Below are positions 10,978 through 19,005 of a stretch of DNA of 32,000 nt, one piece after another. The DNA is taken from contig OY780959.1 of the NCBI GenBank assembly GCA_963675915.1, positions 540,001-572,000 of the forward strand, written 5' to 3'. Source of the stretch: Coprobacillaceae bacterium (GTDB taxonomy: Bacteria > Bacillota_I > Bacilli_A > Erysipelotrichales > Coprobacillaceae). Each line of letters begins with the position of its first letter. Positions within the stretch are counted from its first letter, which is position 1. The translations under genes were made by a program, and so were the position numbers. The notes below the pieces were generated by a model that saw only the letters and a list, made by a program, of their open reading frames with translations, searched no databases and was not told the origin of the DNA.

Positions 10978-11454
10978 ATGACTAAAACATATACGACTGA
11001 AGAAAAAATAAAATTGATCAATCAAACATTGCCACCACTCAACAAAACTGTTGTTCAGATTGCTGCTGAAACTGGAATCAAAACTTCGACTCTTTATTCC
11101 TGGAAGCGTAGATACCTAAAATGTGCCGTTAATTCCAAAATCAAGGAACGTTACAGCAAGGCTGAAAGATTCCACTTTATCGTCGAATCCGCTTCGTTGA
11201 ACGAACACGAACTTGGAGAATATTGCCGGCAAAAAGGAATTTATCCTGATGAGCTGACAAAGTGGAAAAATGAATTTCTCAATGTTTCCAGTCAAGATGA
11301 TTCTGCGAAGGCCGAATTGCACAAGGAGCGAAGAAAACGTAAAGAGCTGGAAAAAGAACTCAAGCGCAAAGAAAAGGCTTTGGCTGAAGCTGCTGCGCTA
11401 CTGGTTCTTGAAAAAAAGCTCCAAGCAATTTGGGACGAAGAAGAGGAAGATTAA
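10978..11454 (+). CDS. IS3-family transposase OrfA (HTH)
   Basis: AAGGAG RBS. HTH VVQIAAETGIKTSTLYSWKRRY and a C-terminal leucine-zipper-like KELEKELKRKEKALAEAAALLVLEKKL, typical of IS3 OrfA. Confidence 0.9.
   Translation: MTKTYTTEEKIKLINQTLPPLNKTVVQIAAETGIKTSTLYSWKRRYLKCAVNSKIKERYSKAERFHFIVESASLNEHELGEYCRQKGIYPDELTKWKNEFLNVSSQDDSAKAELHKERRKRKELEKELKRKEKALAEAAALLVLEKKLQAIWDEEEED
11412..11418 (+). other. programmed -1 ribosomal frameshift heptamer A-AAA-AAG
   Basis: The heptamer is in phase with orfA codons GAA AAA AAG. The orfB frame is exactly -1 and is open from here. Confidence 0.75.
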
Positions 11455-12533
11455 CCTCTCTCAAATTGCGTAAACTAATCGTTTCATTGATCAAAGACGC
11501 CAACGAAAATGGTGCTCGATTGATTCCGGCGTGTAAAGTGGTTGGAATATCCAAACGAACATATGAACGGTGGACCAATGAAACAGATGTGTTGGCTGAC
11601 AAACGAACGACAGCTATTAGACCTGTGCCGGCCAATAAGCTAAGCGATGATGAGCGCCAAGTCGTAATTGACACTGTCAATTCTCCTAAATACAATTCTC
11701 TGCCTCCATCAACGATAGTGCCTAAGTTAGCTGACGAAGGTAAATATATTGGCTCAGAATCAACCATTTACCGCATTCTAAGGGAAAATAAACAATTGAA
11801 ACATCGTGGAAGAAGCAAGGAGCCTCAAAAGCAGGTCCCGACAACACATATTGCCAAAGCACCCAACGAGGTTTGGAGTTGGGATATTACTTGGTTGCAC
11901 CGTAAGGATGTTAGGGGAGTTTATTACAAGTTATACATGATAATGGATATTTTCAGCCGGAAGATTGTCGGACATGAAGTGTGGGAAACGGAAAATGCCG
12001 AATATTCCCAAACTCTTATAAAAAGGACACTGTTAAAAGAAAAGATAAGTGGCAGATCGCTTGTGCTGCATTCAGATAATGGTGGCCCAATGAAAGCATC
12101 ATCATTCCTGGGAACGCTTGAAAAATTAGGTGTGCAAAGCTCGTTTTCAAGGCCGAGAGTAAGTAATGACAATCCATATTCGGAAGCACTGTTCAAAACG
12201 CTAAAATACATTCCTAAGTATCCAACCAGCGGGTTTGAATCACTGGAACATGCCCGAGAATGGACTAGTGAATTCGTCCATTGGTACAATGAAGTCCATT
12301 ACCATAGCGGCATCAATTATGTAACCCCAGGAAGCAGACATCGTGGCGAAGATATCGAGATATTGAAGAATCGCAAAAGTGTTTACGCCCTTGCAAGAAT
12401 GAAGCATCCTGAGAGATGGAGCGGTAATACTAAAACCTGGGAATATCAAACAACGGTTGCCCTGAATCCAACCGATGAAGAAAAAAACATGATCCAGAAA
12501 AAGAAATATCAAACAAACCAAATCTACGCATAA
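11430..12533 (+). CDS. IS3-family transposase OrfB (DDE/rve catalytic domain), expressed as OrfAB fusion
   Basis: WSWDITWL (D), HSDNGGPMKA (D), ...NDNPYSEALFKTLK (E) and YNEVHYHSGINYVTP form the rve integrase core. Confidence 0.9.
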   Translation: MGRRRGRLTSLKLRKLIVSLIKDANENGARLIPACKVVGISKRTYERWTNETDVLADKRTTAIRPVPANKLSDDERQVVIDTVNSPKYNSLPPSTIVPKLADEGKYIGSESTIYRILRENKQLKHRGRSKEPQKQVPTTHIAKAPNEVWSWDITWLHRKDVRGVYYKLYMIMDIFSRKIVGHEVWETENAEYSQTLIKRTLLKEKISGRSLVLHSDNGGPMKASSFLGTLEKLGVQSSFSRPRVSNDNPYSEALFKTLKYIPKYPTSGFESLEHAREWTSEFVHWYNEVHYHSGINYVTPGSRHRGEDIEILKNRKSVYALARMKHPERWSGNTKTWEYQTTVALNPTDEEKNMIQKKKYQTNQIYA

Positions 12534-12584
12534 TTAATTCAAAAAAATGCGTCAACTATATTGACAAACTCCGTTACTGTATAT

Positions 12585-12612
12585 AAAAAAACCGCTTATT
12601 AAGCGGATAATT
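12585..12612 (-). terminator. rho-independent terminator reading on the minus strand, no credible upstream CDS
   Basis: On the minus strand, CCGCTTAATAAGCGG hairpin followed by TTTTTTT. On the plus strand the tail is not T-rich. Confidence 0.6.
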
Positions 12613-12636
12613 TATCAAATGGCACCAGTAGCTCGT

Positions 12637-12980
12637 GCGCGTCGAACTTTTTTACCAATAATTAACGCAATTTTCGTTGGAGAATTGTGTTTTTTATCTG
12701 CTTGATCATTGACAAGTGGATAGGTTATTGGATAACAGTTGGAGTAGCTAAATGGGTTCGCAACATTGAATAAATGGCGATAAAACCTACATTTAAAACT
12801 ATCGTTGCAAGATGGTATGGCTGAAACTTCTAAGATACACACGTTGCGACTGAGTCAGAGCAGTTATCGTACTGTCGCAGGCAAGTCAACGTATTAGCTG
12901 AGATGCAATTGCTTTAAAAAAGTAGTGGAGAGTGCTTCTCTCGTTCAATAACCAGTTTTTGTATATTAATGGTAATATAG
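12637..12980. repeat. unexplained ~340-bp repeated module, copy 1 (uninterrupted)
   Basis: It aligns by eye to 18300-18451 plus 20124-20260 with few substitutions in the right ~135 bp. It contains nested hairpins (GCGAC...GTCGC and GAGAGtgcttCTCTC). Confidence 0.8.
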
Positions 12981-13112
12981 CTGAATGTTATCATTAATTT
13001 GCAAAAATGCAAAAAAATCAGGAGGTATGAAGTATGATCAGTTCTATCGATAAAATATTAAGTGGAATTTATTAATAAAATTTGATGAGGCTAACTAATA
13101 AATCCAGTGGTA

Positions 13113-13142
13113 TTGACTTTATATTGCAAAGTGCTTTATAAT
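13113..13142 (+). promoter_or_regulatory. SigA-type promoter for the membrane protein/wHTH pair
   Basis: TTGACT (13113-13118), an 18-bp spacer, then TATAAT (13137-13142). Confidence 0.6.
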
Positions 13143-13203
13143 ATAAAGTAATTAAAGTGTGCTGCTATTTTGCGGCAAGATTCTTAAGGAGGCTATGTTA
13201 AAT

Positions 13204-13881
13204 ATGAACATTGATTCAAAAAATGCTATAGAGCAAATCAAGATTATCGGAGATTCCATCGAAAATACCAAAAGAAATGCGAATACGATTTATAAATTAT
13301 TCCTGGTAGTGGGCATTATTAACTTGATAAATTTTATTGCAGGAGTATTTTTACCTATCTATGTATTTTCCATGTCAAATTTCTCAGTATTTATATCAAG
13401 CACAATAGAGATAATTGGATACGCGCTTATGCTTATGTATTTCGCTAGAATATATTACTATGAGAGTAATTCGTCTAACAAATACTATGTATCATTTATT
13501 AATTTCTTTATGATCGTTAATATGTTGATGCCTCTTATTTCGAGATTAGTAAGAGTTACTTTATCTGTTTTCTCGGATCTGTCACAGATTTCAATAATGA
13601 CGGGATTAGGTAGTATCAATGCCACTGTCAATATAATGCTGTTTATATTTTCGCTGGTAACTTGTAATGTGCTTTTTTGTAAAAATAGATTTCTAAACAA
13701 CGTTTTACTAATTATCATCTCTATCGCAGTGATGAATTTCAGCTTTTTCGAGATGTCTGTGACGGTAGGTTCTGGTTCCCATATTTTTTTGAGATCAATA
13801 ATTTATCTGCTAATTATATCTATCGGTTATATTGCTTTAGGTATTGCCGTTAAATCGAGGGATATAAACAATGGAGATTAA
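13204..13881 (+). CDS. hypothetical polytopic membrane protein
   Basis: About 6 hydrophobic helices. AAGGAGG at 13186-13192. ATG 13204 has better spacing than ATG 13195. The listed start at 13159 overlaps the promoter region. Confidence 0.6.
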   Translation: MNIDSKNAIEQIKIIGDSIENTKRNANTIYKLFLVVGIINLINFIAGVFLPIYVFSMSNFSVFISSTIEIIGYALMLMYFARIYYYESNSSNKYYVSFINFFMIVNMLMPLISRLVRVTLSVFSDLSQISIMTGLGSINATVNIMLFIFSLVTCNVLFCKNRFLNNVLLIIISIAVMNFSFFEMSVTVGSGSHIFLRSIIYLLIISIGYIALGIAVKSRDINNGD

Positions 13882-14155
13882 TAATATTCCACCTGCCTTT
13901 ACGCTACCTCTAAGACTTGCCATAATAAGTTTTTTGGTTAATGGAGCAAAGACGTTTAAAGAAATAAAGGATTATACTAAATCATCAGATGGCAATATTA
14001 GTGTTCAACTTTCAAAGTTAGAGGAGTGGGGTTACGTGCTTTCAACAAAAACAAGATTGAAAAAAAAGAATATTTCATCCTATGCTATCACTGAATTTGG
14101 AATTAAACAATTGCAAGATTATGTTGAGATGTTGAGTGGAATTATCAAAAATTAG
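13871..14155 (+). CDS. small winged-helix transcriptional regulator (HTH_34-like)
   Basis: PLRLAIISFLVNGAKTFKEIKDYTKSSDGNISVQLSKLEEWGYV...YAITEFGIKQLQDYVEML matches the usual pattern of this family. It overlaps the upstream gene by 11 nt. Confidence 0.7.
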   Translation: MEINNIPPAFTLPLRLAIISFLVNGAKTFKEIKDYTKSSDGNISVQLSKLEEWGYVLSTKTRLKKKNISSYAITEFGIKQLQDYVEMLSGIIKN

Positions 14156-14293
14156 GCACGGAATAATTGGATTACACTTATAGTTTGCTCGCAAAATTAT
14201 TGTATTTGAGTAACGAACTGAGTCGAACCTTTATAACTTTGAAATAGTTTTGATTTAATCGAATAAATCCGTAAAAAATTTTACTGAAAAATG

Positions 14294-14350
14294 CCAAATC
14301 TATGCCTGATTAAATTCAAAAAAATGCGTCAACTATATTGACATATTCCG
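14294..14350 (+). mobile_element. solo right-end fragment (57 bp) of the IS3-family element
   Basis: CCAAATCTATGCcTGATTAAATTCAAAAAAATGCGTCAACTATATTGACATATTCCG is almost identical to 20067-20123. It includes the last orfB codons and the stop. Confidence 0.8.
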
Positions 14351-14547
14351 GACAAATACAGCATATTTAACCTATTAAAGAATCTATATTCATTTTTGTA
14401 TTACAGGAGCAGAATATAACATCATCCAGCTATCAATTTAATAAGATTACATGTACTACTCAAATCTCAATATTCGAAAATTAGTCTAATGGGATTATGT
14501 TCAGGTGTTTCCAATTCTTAGATGAGTGTAACTTAAGTAAATCACTG

Positions 14548-14575
14548 TTGCAAATATGTGGTTTTGTGCTATAAT
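14548..14575 (+). promoter_or_regulatory. strong orphan promoter with extended -10
   Basis: TTGCAA, a 16-bp spacer, then TGcTATAAT. No ORF follows before the IS6-like element. Confidence 0.5.
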
Positions 14576-14721
14576 TGTTACTTATAAGGGGGCTGATATT
14601 AAGGGGTGGCTAATATTTACTGAAGTTGAATTTTTTTGATTAAATTTGTATTAGTAAAAGTGAGCAAAAATATCTATACGTATAATATAAAATAATGTTA
14701 TATATGTAATATGCGCTATGG

Positions 14722-16410
14722 AAAATTTGAGGTAGTGTCAAACAGGTATGAAAAGTATGATTAATTTGTTATGGAGTTGTTGATGATGTAATCATTGGCC
14801 ATAGCGATAATCATATTCCATTTTCTAGGCATGTTGGTCACACCTTCGAATGATTCCAGTTTAACTGGAGGACTGTATTCCAAAGAACTATGCTTCCTGA
14901 GGAAATTAAAGTATGTGGTAAACAGACACATGAATTCATTTGCTTTGTTTAAATCCGCAAATCCATTCTTTACGTAATAAGAAAACTTGAATGTTCTGTT
15001 CAATCTTTCAATTATCTGCTTTTGAGGTCGGTAAATCTTTGAAGCTTCATCCTTGTTTTCTAAACCTATTACCTGATGGACTTTGAATTTCCTGTCTTGC
15101 AATAGGAAATATTGTTGAGCGGCAAGATAGATTGGATTGCCATCAACTACAAAACTCAAGCCTTCGGGAATGGCGGTAAACTTTCTGAGTACTGAATAGT
15201 AGGCTTGGATAGCTGAAAAGGTATCTCTTTTCATAAAGATATTATATGAAGTGATTATCTTCTTGATGCTGTCACACATGAAAAAGACATAGGCTTTGTT
15301 ACCGTTGATTTTAACGTAGGTTTCATCACCGCATTGATCTGGTGTCAATTCACCGTATTGGTAATTGTCTAACCAGGGGTTGATTAGACAGCTTGCCGCT
15401 TCGGCGTAATTGGCAACGGTTTGGTGAGATACATCGACATCATGTACTTCTTTGAGAATCAATGCAGTTTTTCTTAGGGATAGTCCATAATTGATGTGAT
15501 ACGTGAGGATTAAACCTAGTATTTCCTTAGAATTTTTGATTCTGGATAGTTGAACTCTTGAAGGGGTAATAGTCGCCTGGAGCTGTTCTAGTTGTTCTAT
15601 GGACGCACTAAAAACCCTAGTAATATAGCGAAGTTTGAAAGCGGATGGATTCTTCTTGTATAGCTTTTTCTCTTGTTTACTAAGGGAGCGGATATTGTGT
15701 TTGTAGTAGGTGCATTCCCTGTTTGAGCATCGATATACTGTGAAATGATCTCTGACATGATGAGGGTCGAGTTTCCGACCGCAGTAAGGACAGTGATGTG
15801 CAACTTGTTGGATATAAGGTTTCCCGGGAATAAAAGTTGTATCACAAACCTTGCAGCGACACTGCTGGGAGATTTTTCCGGATCTGTTGTCATAAAGATA
15901 TTCGTAAGGAGCACCGCAGTGAGGGCAGACAGTATCTTTGGGTATGTTTAAAGGAACTCGTCTATTTATAGGTTTGGGCGAGCGACCGTTATGCTTTGAT
16001 TTGTAGATTTCAACAGCTTTAGAGAATGTGATTGGAAGATTTTCTTCTTTGATGAGAGGAACCGGATCAACTTTGAATTTGCGGTATTGTTCGCCCATTA
16101 TTAAAGTATCAGGATCTTTGGGAAGAAATTTCATCAAAAAGCATTCGAATTTGAAAGAAATTTTATTGACAATATTCAATAATTTGATAATTAGTGATAT
16201 AATCTTAGCCATGGTAATAGTTCTCCTTTACTTGTGGTTTTGTCACTTACAATTATAGGAGCTATTGCCTTTTTTGTATATTGAAATGGCTAAGTTATAT
16301 GTCGATTCCGGAGGGGAGCGACTAAAATAGATAAAAAACCTAGGTAGAATGCGGTTTACCAGTTATTTAAAGCTATAAATAACTAACTGGTTTTGACACT
16401 ACCAAATTTG
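14722..16410 (-). mobile_element. IS6-like insertion sequence
   Basis: Terminal inverted repeats AAATTTGAGGTAGTGTCAAAC (14723-14743) versus the reverse complement of 16390-16409, AAATTTGGTAGTGTCAAAAC. They flank a single DDE transposase gene. Ends are good to about 5 bp. Confidence 0.65.
14761..16212 (-). CDS. IS6-family-like DDE transposase with long N-terminal multi-CxxC zinc-finger extension
   Basis: GDETYVKINGNKAYVF (IS26/IS257-type DETYxK motif), VVDGNPIY, and QIIERLNRTFKF (E). The N-terminus carries CPHCG, CKVCD, CPYCG and CSNREC. AAGGAG RBS. Confidence 0.82.
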   Translation of the reverse strand: MAKIISLIIKLLNIVNKISFKFECFLMKFLPKDPDTLIMGEQYRKFKVDPVPLIKEENLPITFSKAVEIYKSKHNGRSPKPINRRVPLNIPKDTVCPHCGAPYEYLYDNRSGKISQQCRCKVCDTTFIPGKPYIQQVAHHCPYCGRKLDPHHVRDHFTVYRCSNRECTYYKHNIRSLSKQEKKLYKKNPSAFKLRYITRVFSASIEQLEQLQATITPSRVQLSRIKNSKEILGLILTYHINYGLSLRKTALILKEVHDVDVSHQTVANYAEAASCLINPWLDNYQYGELTPDQCGDETYVKINGNKAYVFFMCDSIKKIITSYNIFMKRDTFSAIQAYYSVLRKFTAIPEGLSFVVDGNPIYLAAQQYFLLQDRKFKVHQVIGLENKDEASKIYRPQKQIIERLNRTFKFSYYVKNGFADLNKANEFMCLFTTYFNFLRKHSSLEYSPPVKLESFEGVTNMPRKWNMIIAMANDYIINNSITN

Positions 16411-16425
16411 AGAGAAGGGAATTTT

Positions 16426-17598
16426 ATGAAAAAAATTAAAAGTATTTTGTCGTTTTTGGTTATTATTTCATATTTTACAATTAATCCAAGTATGAATGTA
16501 TGTGCTGAGGAAAGTGTTAATATGCTGGATGAAGAGTATGTTAGCAACGTCGATGAGGTTTGCGAATTAATCAATAGTGATATTGAGTATGGTGAGGTTG
16601 TCGTGAACAGAAGCGTAATAATTGGAGGGCAAATTAATTATCTTTATTGCGAATTTGAAGATGAAAGCGCTGCCCTTGATAAGTTCAAGATAAAATATGC
16701 GAATGAATTAAAAGACATCGAAGATTATTTTAAGATTGATGAGCTTTCTACTACTAACTGGGAATTGTATCGTAATTATTATGAAAAATATAAAAGTGAC
16801 ATTTGTATTTCAGATAAAGATGGTAATCAGTTGTTACCAAATGAATCGCTTTATATGCGAATGGATCAGTTCTTTGATATTTATGAAAATAAGTCAAAGA
16901 ATAATATGATTTTAAATCTAGCAAATTCAGATGCATTATTAGAAAATGAAGGTGTAGATTTGGAGTTAATATTATCTTTGCCCGATTATTCTCCGTCTCT
17001 TGAAGAATATACTGAAGTTACAATGGAATCAAGAGAATTATTTGCATCGCAATCATTATTGAGTTTGTCAGATAGTGACGGTGCGGCATATGCGGCAACA
17101 TGGGCTACTAATCGTAATTTATATGAATACGCTAGTTTTTCAACTGATTGCACGAACTTTGCCTCTCAGATACTTGAGGCTTCCGGTGTATCTCAAGATG
17201 TTTATTCGAGCGAATATTTAGGTTGGTGGCATAAGAGTACTGGTATGTGGGTTGGCGGGCAATACGTGCTCACACACACACATTCAATCTCTTGGATTCG
17301 GGCCGATACATTTGCAAAATATATGGGTGTAGGGTACACGACTAAAAGTCACTATGCGTTTTCAGCAAATATTAGACAATACGATTTTATCGGTTTTGAT
17401 GAATACAGTGATGGTGATTGGAATCATATAGGTTATGTCACATTAAGAGATAGCAGTTTTGGACCATATGGGTATTATGATTATAAAGTTGCTCAACATA
17501 CAACTGATTATCATGCTTGGGCAAGTACGTCAACGAACAATTGGGATACATTGGAAGCAAGTAGTCATAATTACACTTATGCAAGAATAAGGAGATAA
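16426..17598 (+). CDS. secreted protein with C-terminal putative amidase domain (Amidase_6-like, Cys nucleophile)
   Basis: Signal peptide MKKIKSILSFLVIISYFTINPSMNVCA. AAYAATWATNRNLYEYASFSTDCTNFASQILEASG...WNHIGYV matches the putative amidase domain pattern. ATG 16426 follows GAAGGG. Confidence 0.7.
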   Translation: MKKIKSILSFLVIISYFTINPSMNVCAEESVNMLDEEYVSNVDEVCELINSDIEYGEVVVNRSVIIGGQINYLYCEFEDESAALDKFKIKYANELKDIEDYFKIDELSTTNWELYRNYYEKYKSDICISDKDGNQLLPNESLYMRMDQFFDIYENKSKNNMILNLANSDALLENEGVDLELILSLPDYSPSLEEYTEVTMESRELFASQSLLSLSDSDGAAYAATWATNRNLYEYASFSTDCTNFASQILEASGVSQDVYSSEYLGWWHKSTGMWVGGQYVLTHTHSISWIRADTFAKYMGVGYTTKSHYAFSANIRQYDFIGFDEYSDGDWNHIGYVTLRDSSFGPYGYYDYKVAQHTTDYHAWASTSTNNWDTLEASSHNYTYARIRR

Positions 17599-17601
17599 TC
17601 T

Positions 17602-18153
17602 ATGGAAAAAGAATTGATATATAAAAAAATTCAATTGTACACATTGATTTCGTTCATGTTTTTTTGTGTATTATCAACATTAGTATTTAAAGACAATTTT
17701 TCTCTAAGAATGACCGAGGAACTGTTATTGTATCCTTACAATATTACTGCCCTCTTGGTAACGTGGTATGGTGAGTTAGGCGGTGGTGTGAATCCGGTGG
17801 CAATTTTGCCTGGGGCAGTTTTGTTGCTAAAGTTTTTATCAATTGTATGTTTTTTCTGTTTATGTTTGATTACATTGTTTAAATCAAAGACCAAAGGGAA
17901 AATTATAACGTGGGTAAATATTCTTATCAGTGGAATAATTATCGCGGTACATTTTATTAGCCTTGAAGGTACAACTGAATTGGCGTTTTGTTTAAAAAAA
18001 ATCAAAGTTTCTTATATGTTGGGCATTATCACCTACCCTTTAGTTTTTTATTATCTTTTCACTCTATTGTTAACGTGTTTCTTGATTTTTGTGACAATCT
18101 ATGAACTTGTTGGAGAGAAAAAGAAGCTGAGTATTTGTGACAACGAAAAATGA
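17602..18153 (+). CDS. hypothetical polytopic membrane protein
   Basis: Starts 3 nt after the amidase stop. 5-6 hydrophobic helices. No recognisable motif. Confidence 0.55.
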   Translation: MEKELIYKKIQLYTLISFMFFCVLSTLVFKDNFSLRMTEELLLYPYNITALLVTWYGELGGGVNPVAILPGAVLLLKFLSIVCFFCLCLITLFKSKTKGKIITWVNILISGIIIAVHFISLEGTTELAFCLKKIKVSYMLGIITYPLVFYYLFTLLLTCFLIFVTIYELVGEKKKLSICDNEK

Positions 18154-18299
18154 GATTCACATTTAATATATTTACTATCATATGGCATTTGAATTTACGG
18201 GTCATCTATTAATAATGTTCTAATATCGTGATACTGATGTCAGAATTAAGCATGAAATAGCCTCTTAATAAACTTATAAATTAATAAGTGGCGGCATGG

Positions 18300-18451
18300 G
18301 CGCGTGAGTGTTGAAGTTTTTTACTGATAATTAACGCAATTTTCTGTTGAGAATTGTGTTTTTTATCTACTTGATCTTAGACAAGTGGAAATGTTAATGG
18401 ATGAAATTAGTATGACGCAAACTCGTTATATTGTGATTTTGCGAGATGGTA
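18300..18451. repeat. repeated module copy 2, left part (split by IS)
   Basis: Aligns to 12637-12815 of copy 1 with an internal indel. It ends exactly at the IS left end. Confidence 0.75.
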
Positions 18452-18528
18452 CCCCCATGTGTTAGGATAGTTGTCGTATAGAAGGATTTGGATTATACTT
18501 ATATAAATTGATCCAAGGAGACAGTAAA

Positions 18529-19005
18529 ATGACCAAAACATATACGACAGAAGAGAAAATCAAACTAATAAGCCAAACATTACCGCCGTTAAGTAAAACC
18601 GTAGTTCAAATCGCAAAAGAAACCGGATTAAAGACAACCACGTTGTATTCCTGGAAACGCCGATATCTTAAAGGCAAAGGCAATTCCAAGATTAAGGAAC
18701 GCTACAACAAGGAAGAGAGATTCCATTTCATTGTTGAATCAGCTTCACTGAATGAACATGAGATAAGTGAGTATTGCCGCTCAAAAGGAATTTATCCTGG
18801 TGAACTGGTAAAGTGGAAAAATGAGTTCCTAAAAGTTTCCAACCCATCCGATTCAGTGAAAGACGAATTAAGCAAAGAACGTCAAAATCGCAAGGAACTT
18901 GAAAAAGAGCTTAAGCGAAAAGAGAAGGCACTTGCTGAAGCTGCAGCGCTACTTGTTCTAGAAAAAAAGCTCCAAGCAATTTGGGAAGAAGACGAGGAAG
19001 ATTAA
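18529..19005 (+). CDS. IS3-family transposase OrfA, copy 2
   Basis: Roughly four-fifths of residues are identical to copy 1 OrfA by eye. ATG 18529 follows AAGGAG. Confidence 0.85.
   Translation: MTKTYTTEEKIKLISQTLPPLSKTVVQIAKETGLKTTTLYSWKRRYLKGKGNSKIKERYNKEERFHFIVESASLNEHEISEYCRSKGIYPGELVKWKNEFLKVSNPSDSVKDELSKERQNRKELEKELKRKEKALAEAAALLVLEKKLQAIWEEDEED

Larger units (their letters stand above)
10901..12575 (+). mobile_element. IS3-family insertion sequence, copy 1 (apparently intact)
   Basis: orfA and orfB lie in frames 0 and -1 with a slippery heptamer. The ends are placed where copy 1, copy 2 (18452-20123) and the solo end (14294-14350) stop matching each other. Imperfect terminal repeats: ATGTGTTAGGATAGTTGTCG versus the reverse complement ATGTCAATATAGTTGACG. 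Boundaries are good to about 2 bp. Confidence 0.85.

Noticed and set aside
11116-12521. Antisense ORFs inside both IS3 copies (11116..11322, 11360..11767, 11924..12289, 12240..12521, 19051..19317, 19328..19555, 19790..20092) and the +1 frame ORF 11270..11473
   Set aside because: They are opposite to or out of frame with the transposase genes, lack RBSs, and differ in extent between the two IS copies.
12561-12566. Outward-facing TTGACA in the IS3 right end as a hybrid or junction promoter
   Set aside because: I found no acceptable -10 at 16-18 bp, either in the flanking DNA of any copy or across a modelled circle junction with the left end.
12615-12842. 75-aa minus-strand ORF across the repeated module
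   Set aside because: It has a GTG start with no RBS and no internal Met. The frame is not maintained in copy 2 because of indels and the IS insertion. The conservation pattern does not look codon-like.
12936-12945. Shared AGTAGT...TTCTCTCGTT motif between the repeated module (12921-12945) and the hairpin inside the transposon left end (24645-24660)
   Set aside because: Only 16 nt are shared, with a 9-nt insertion, and there is no further similarity on either side. It could be chance, so I do not claim a link between the module and the transposon.
13027-13053. 8-codon ORF (MKYDQFYR) starting at ATG 13027
   Set aside because: The ATG lies only 1 nt after the AGGAGG, which is too close for initiation. 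The ATG at 13034 is the better candidate and is reported separately.
16393-16398. TTGACA inside the IS6-like right repeat as an outward -35 driving the amidase gene, as seen with IS26/IS257 hybrid promoters
   Set aside because: The hexamer 17 bp downstream is AGGGAA, which is not a -10, and the ATG is only about 28 bp away.
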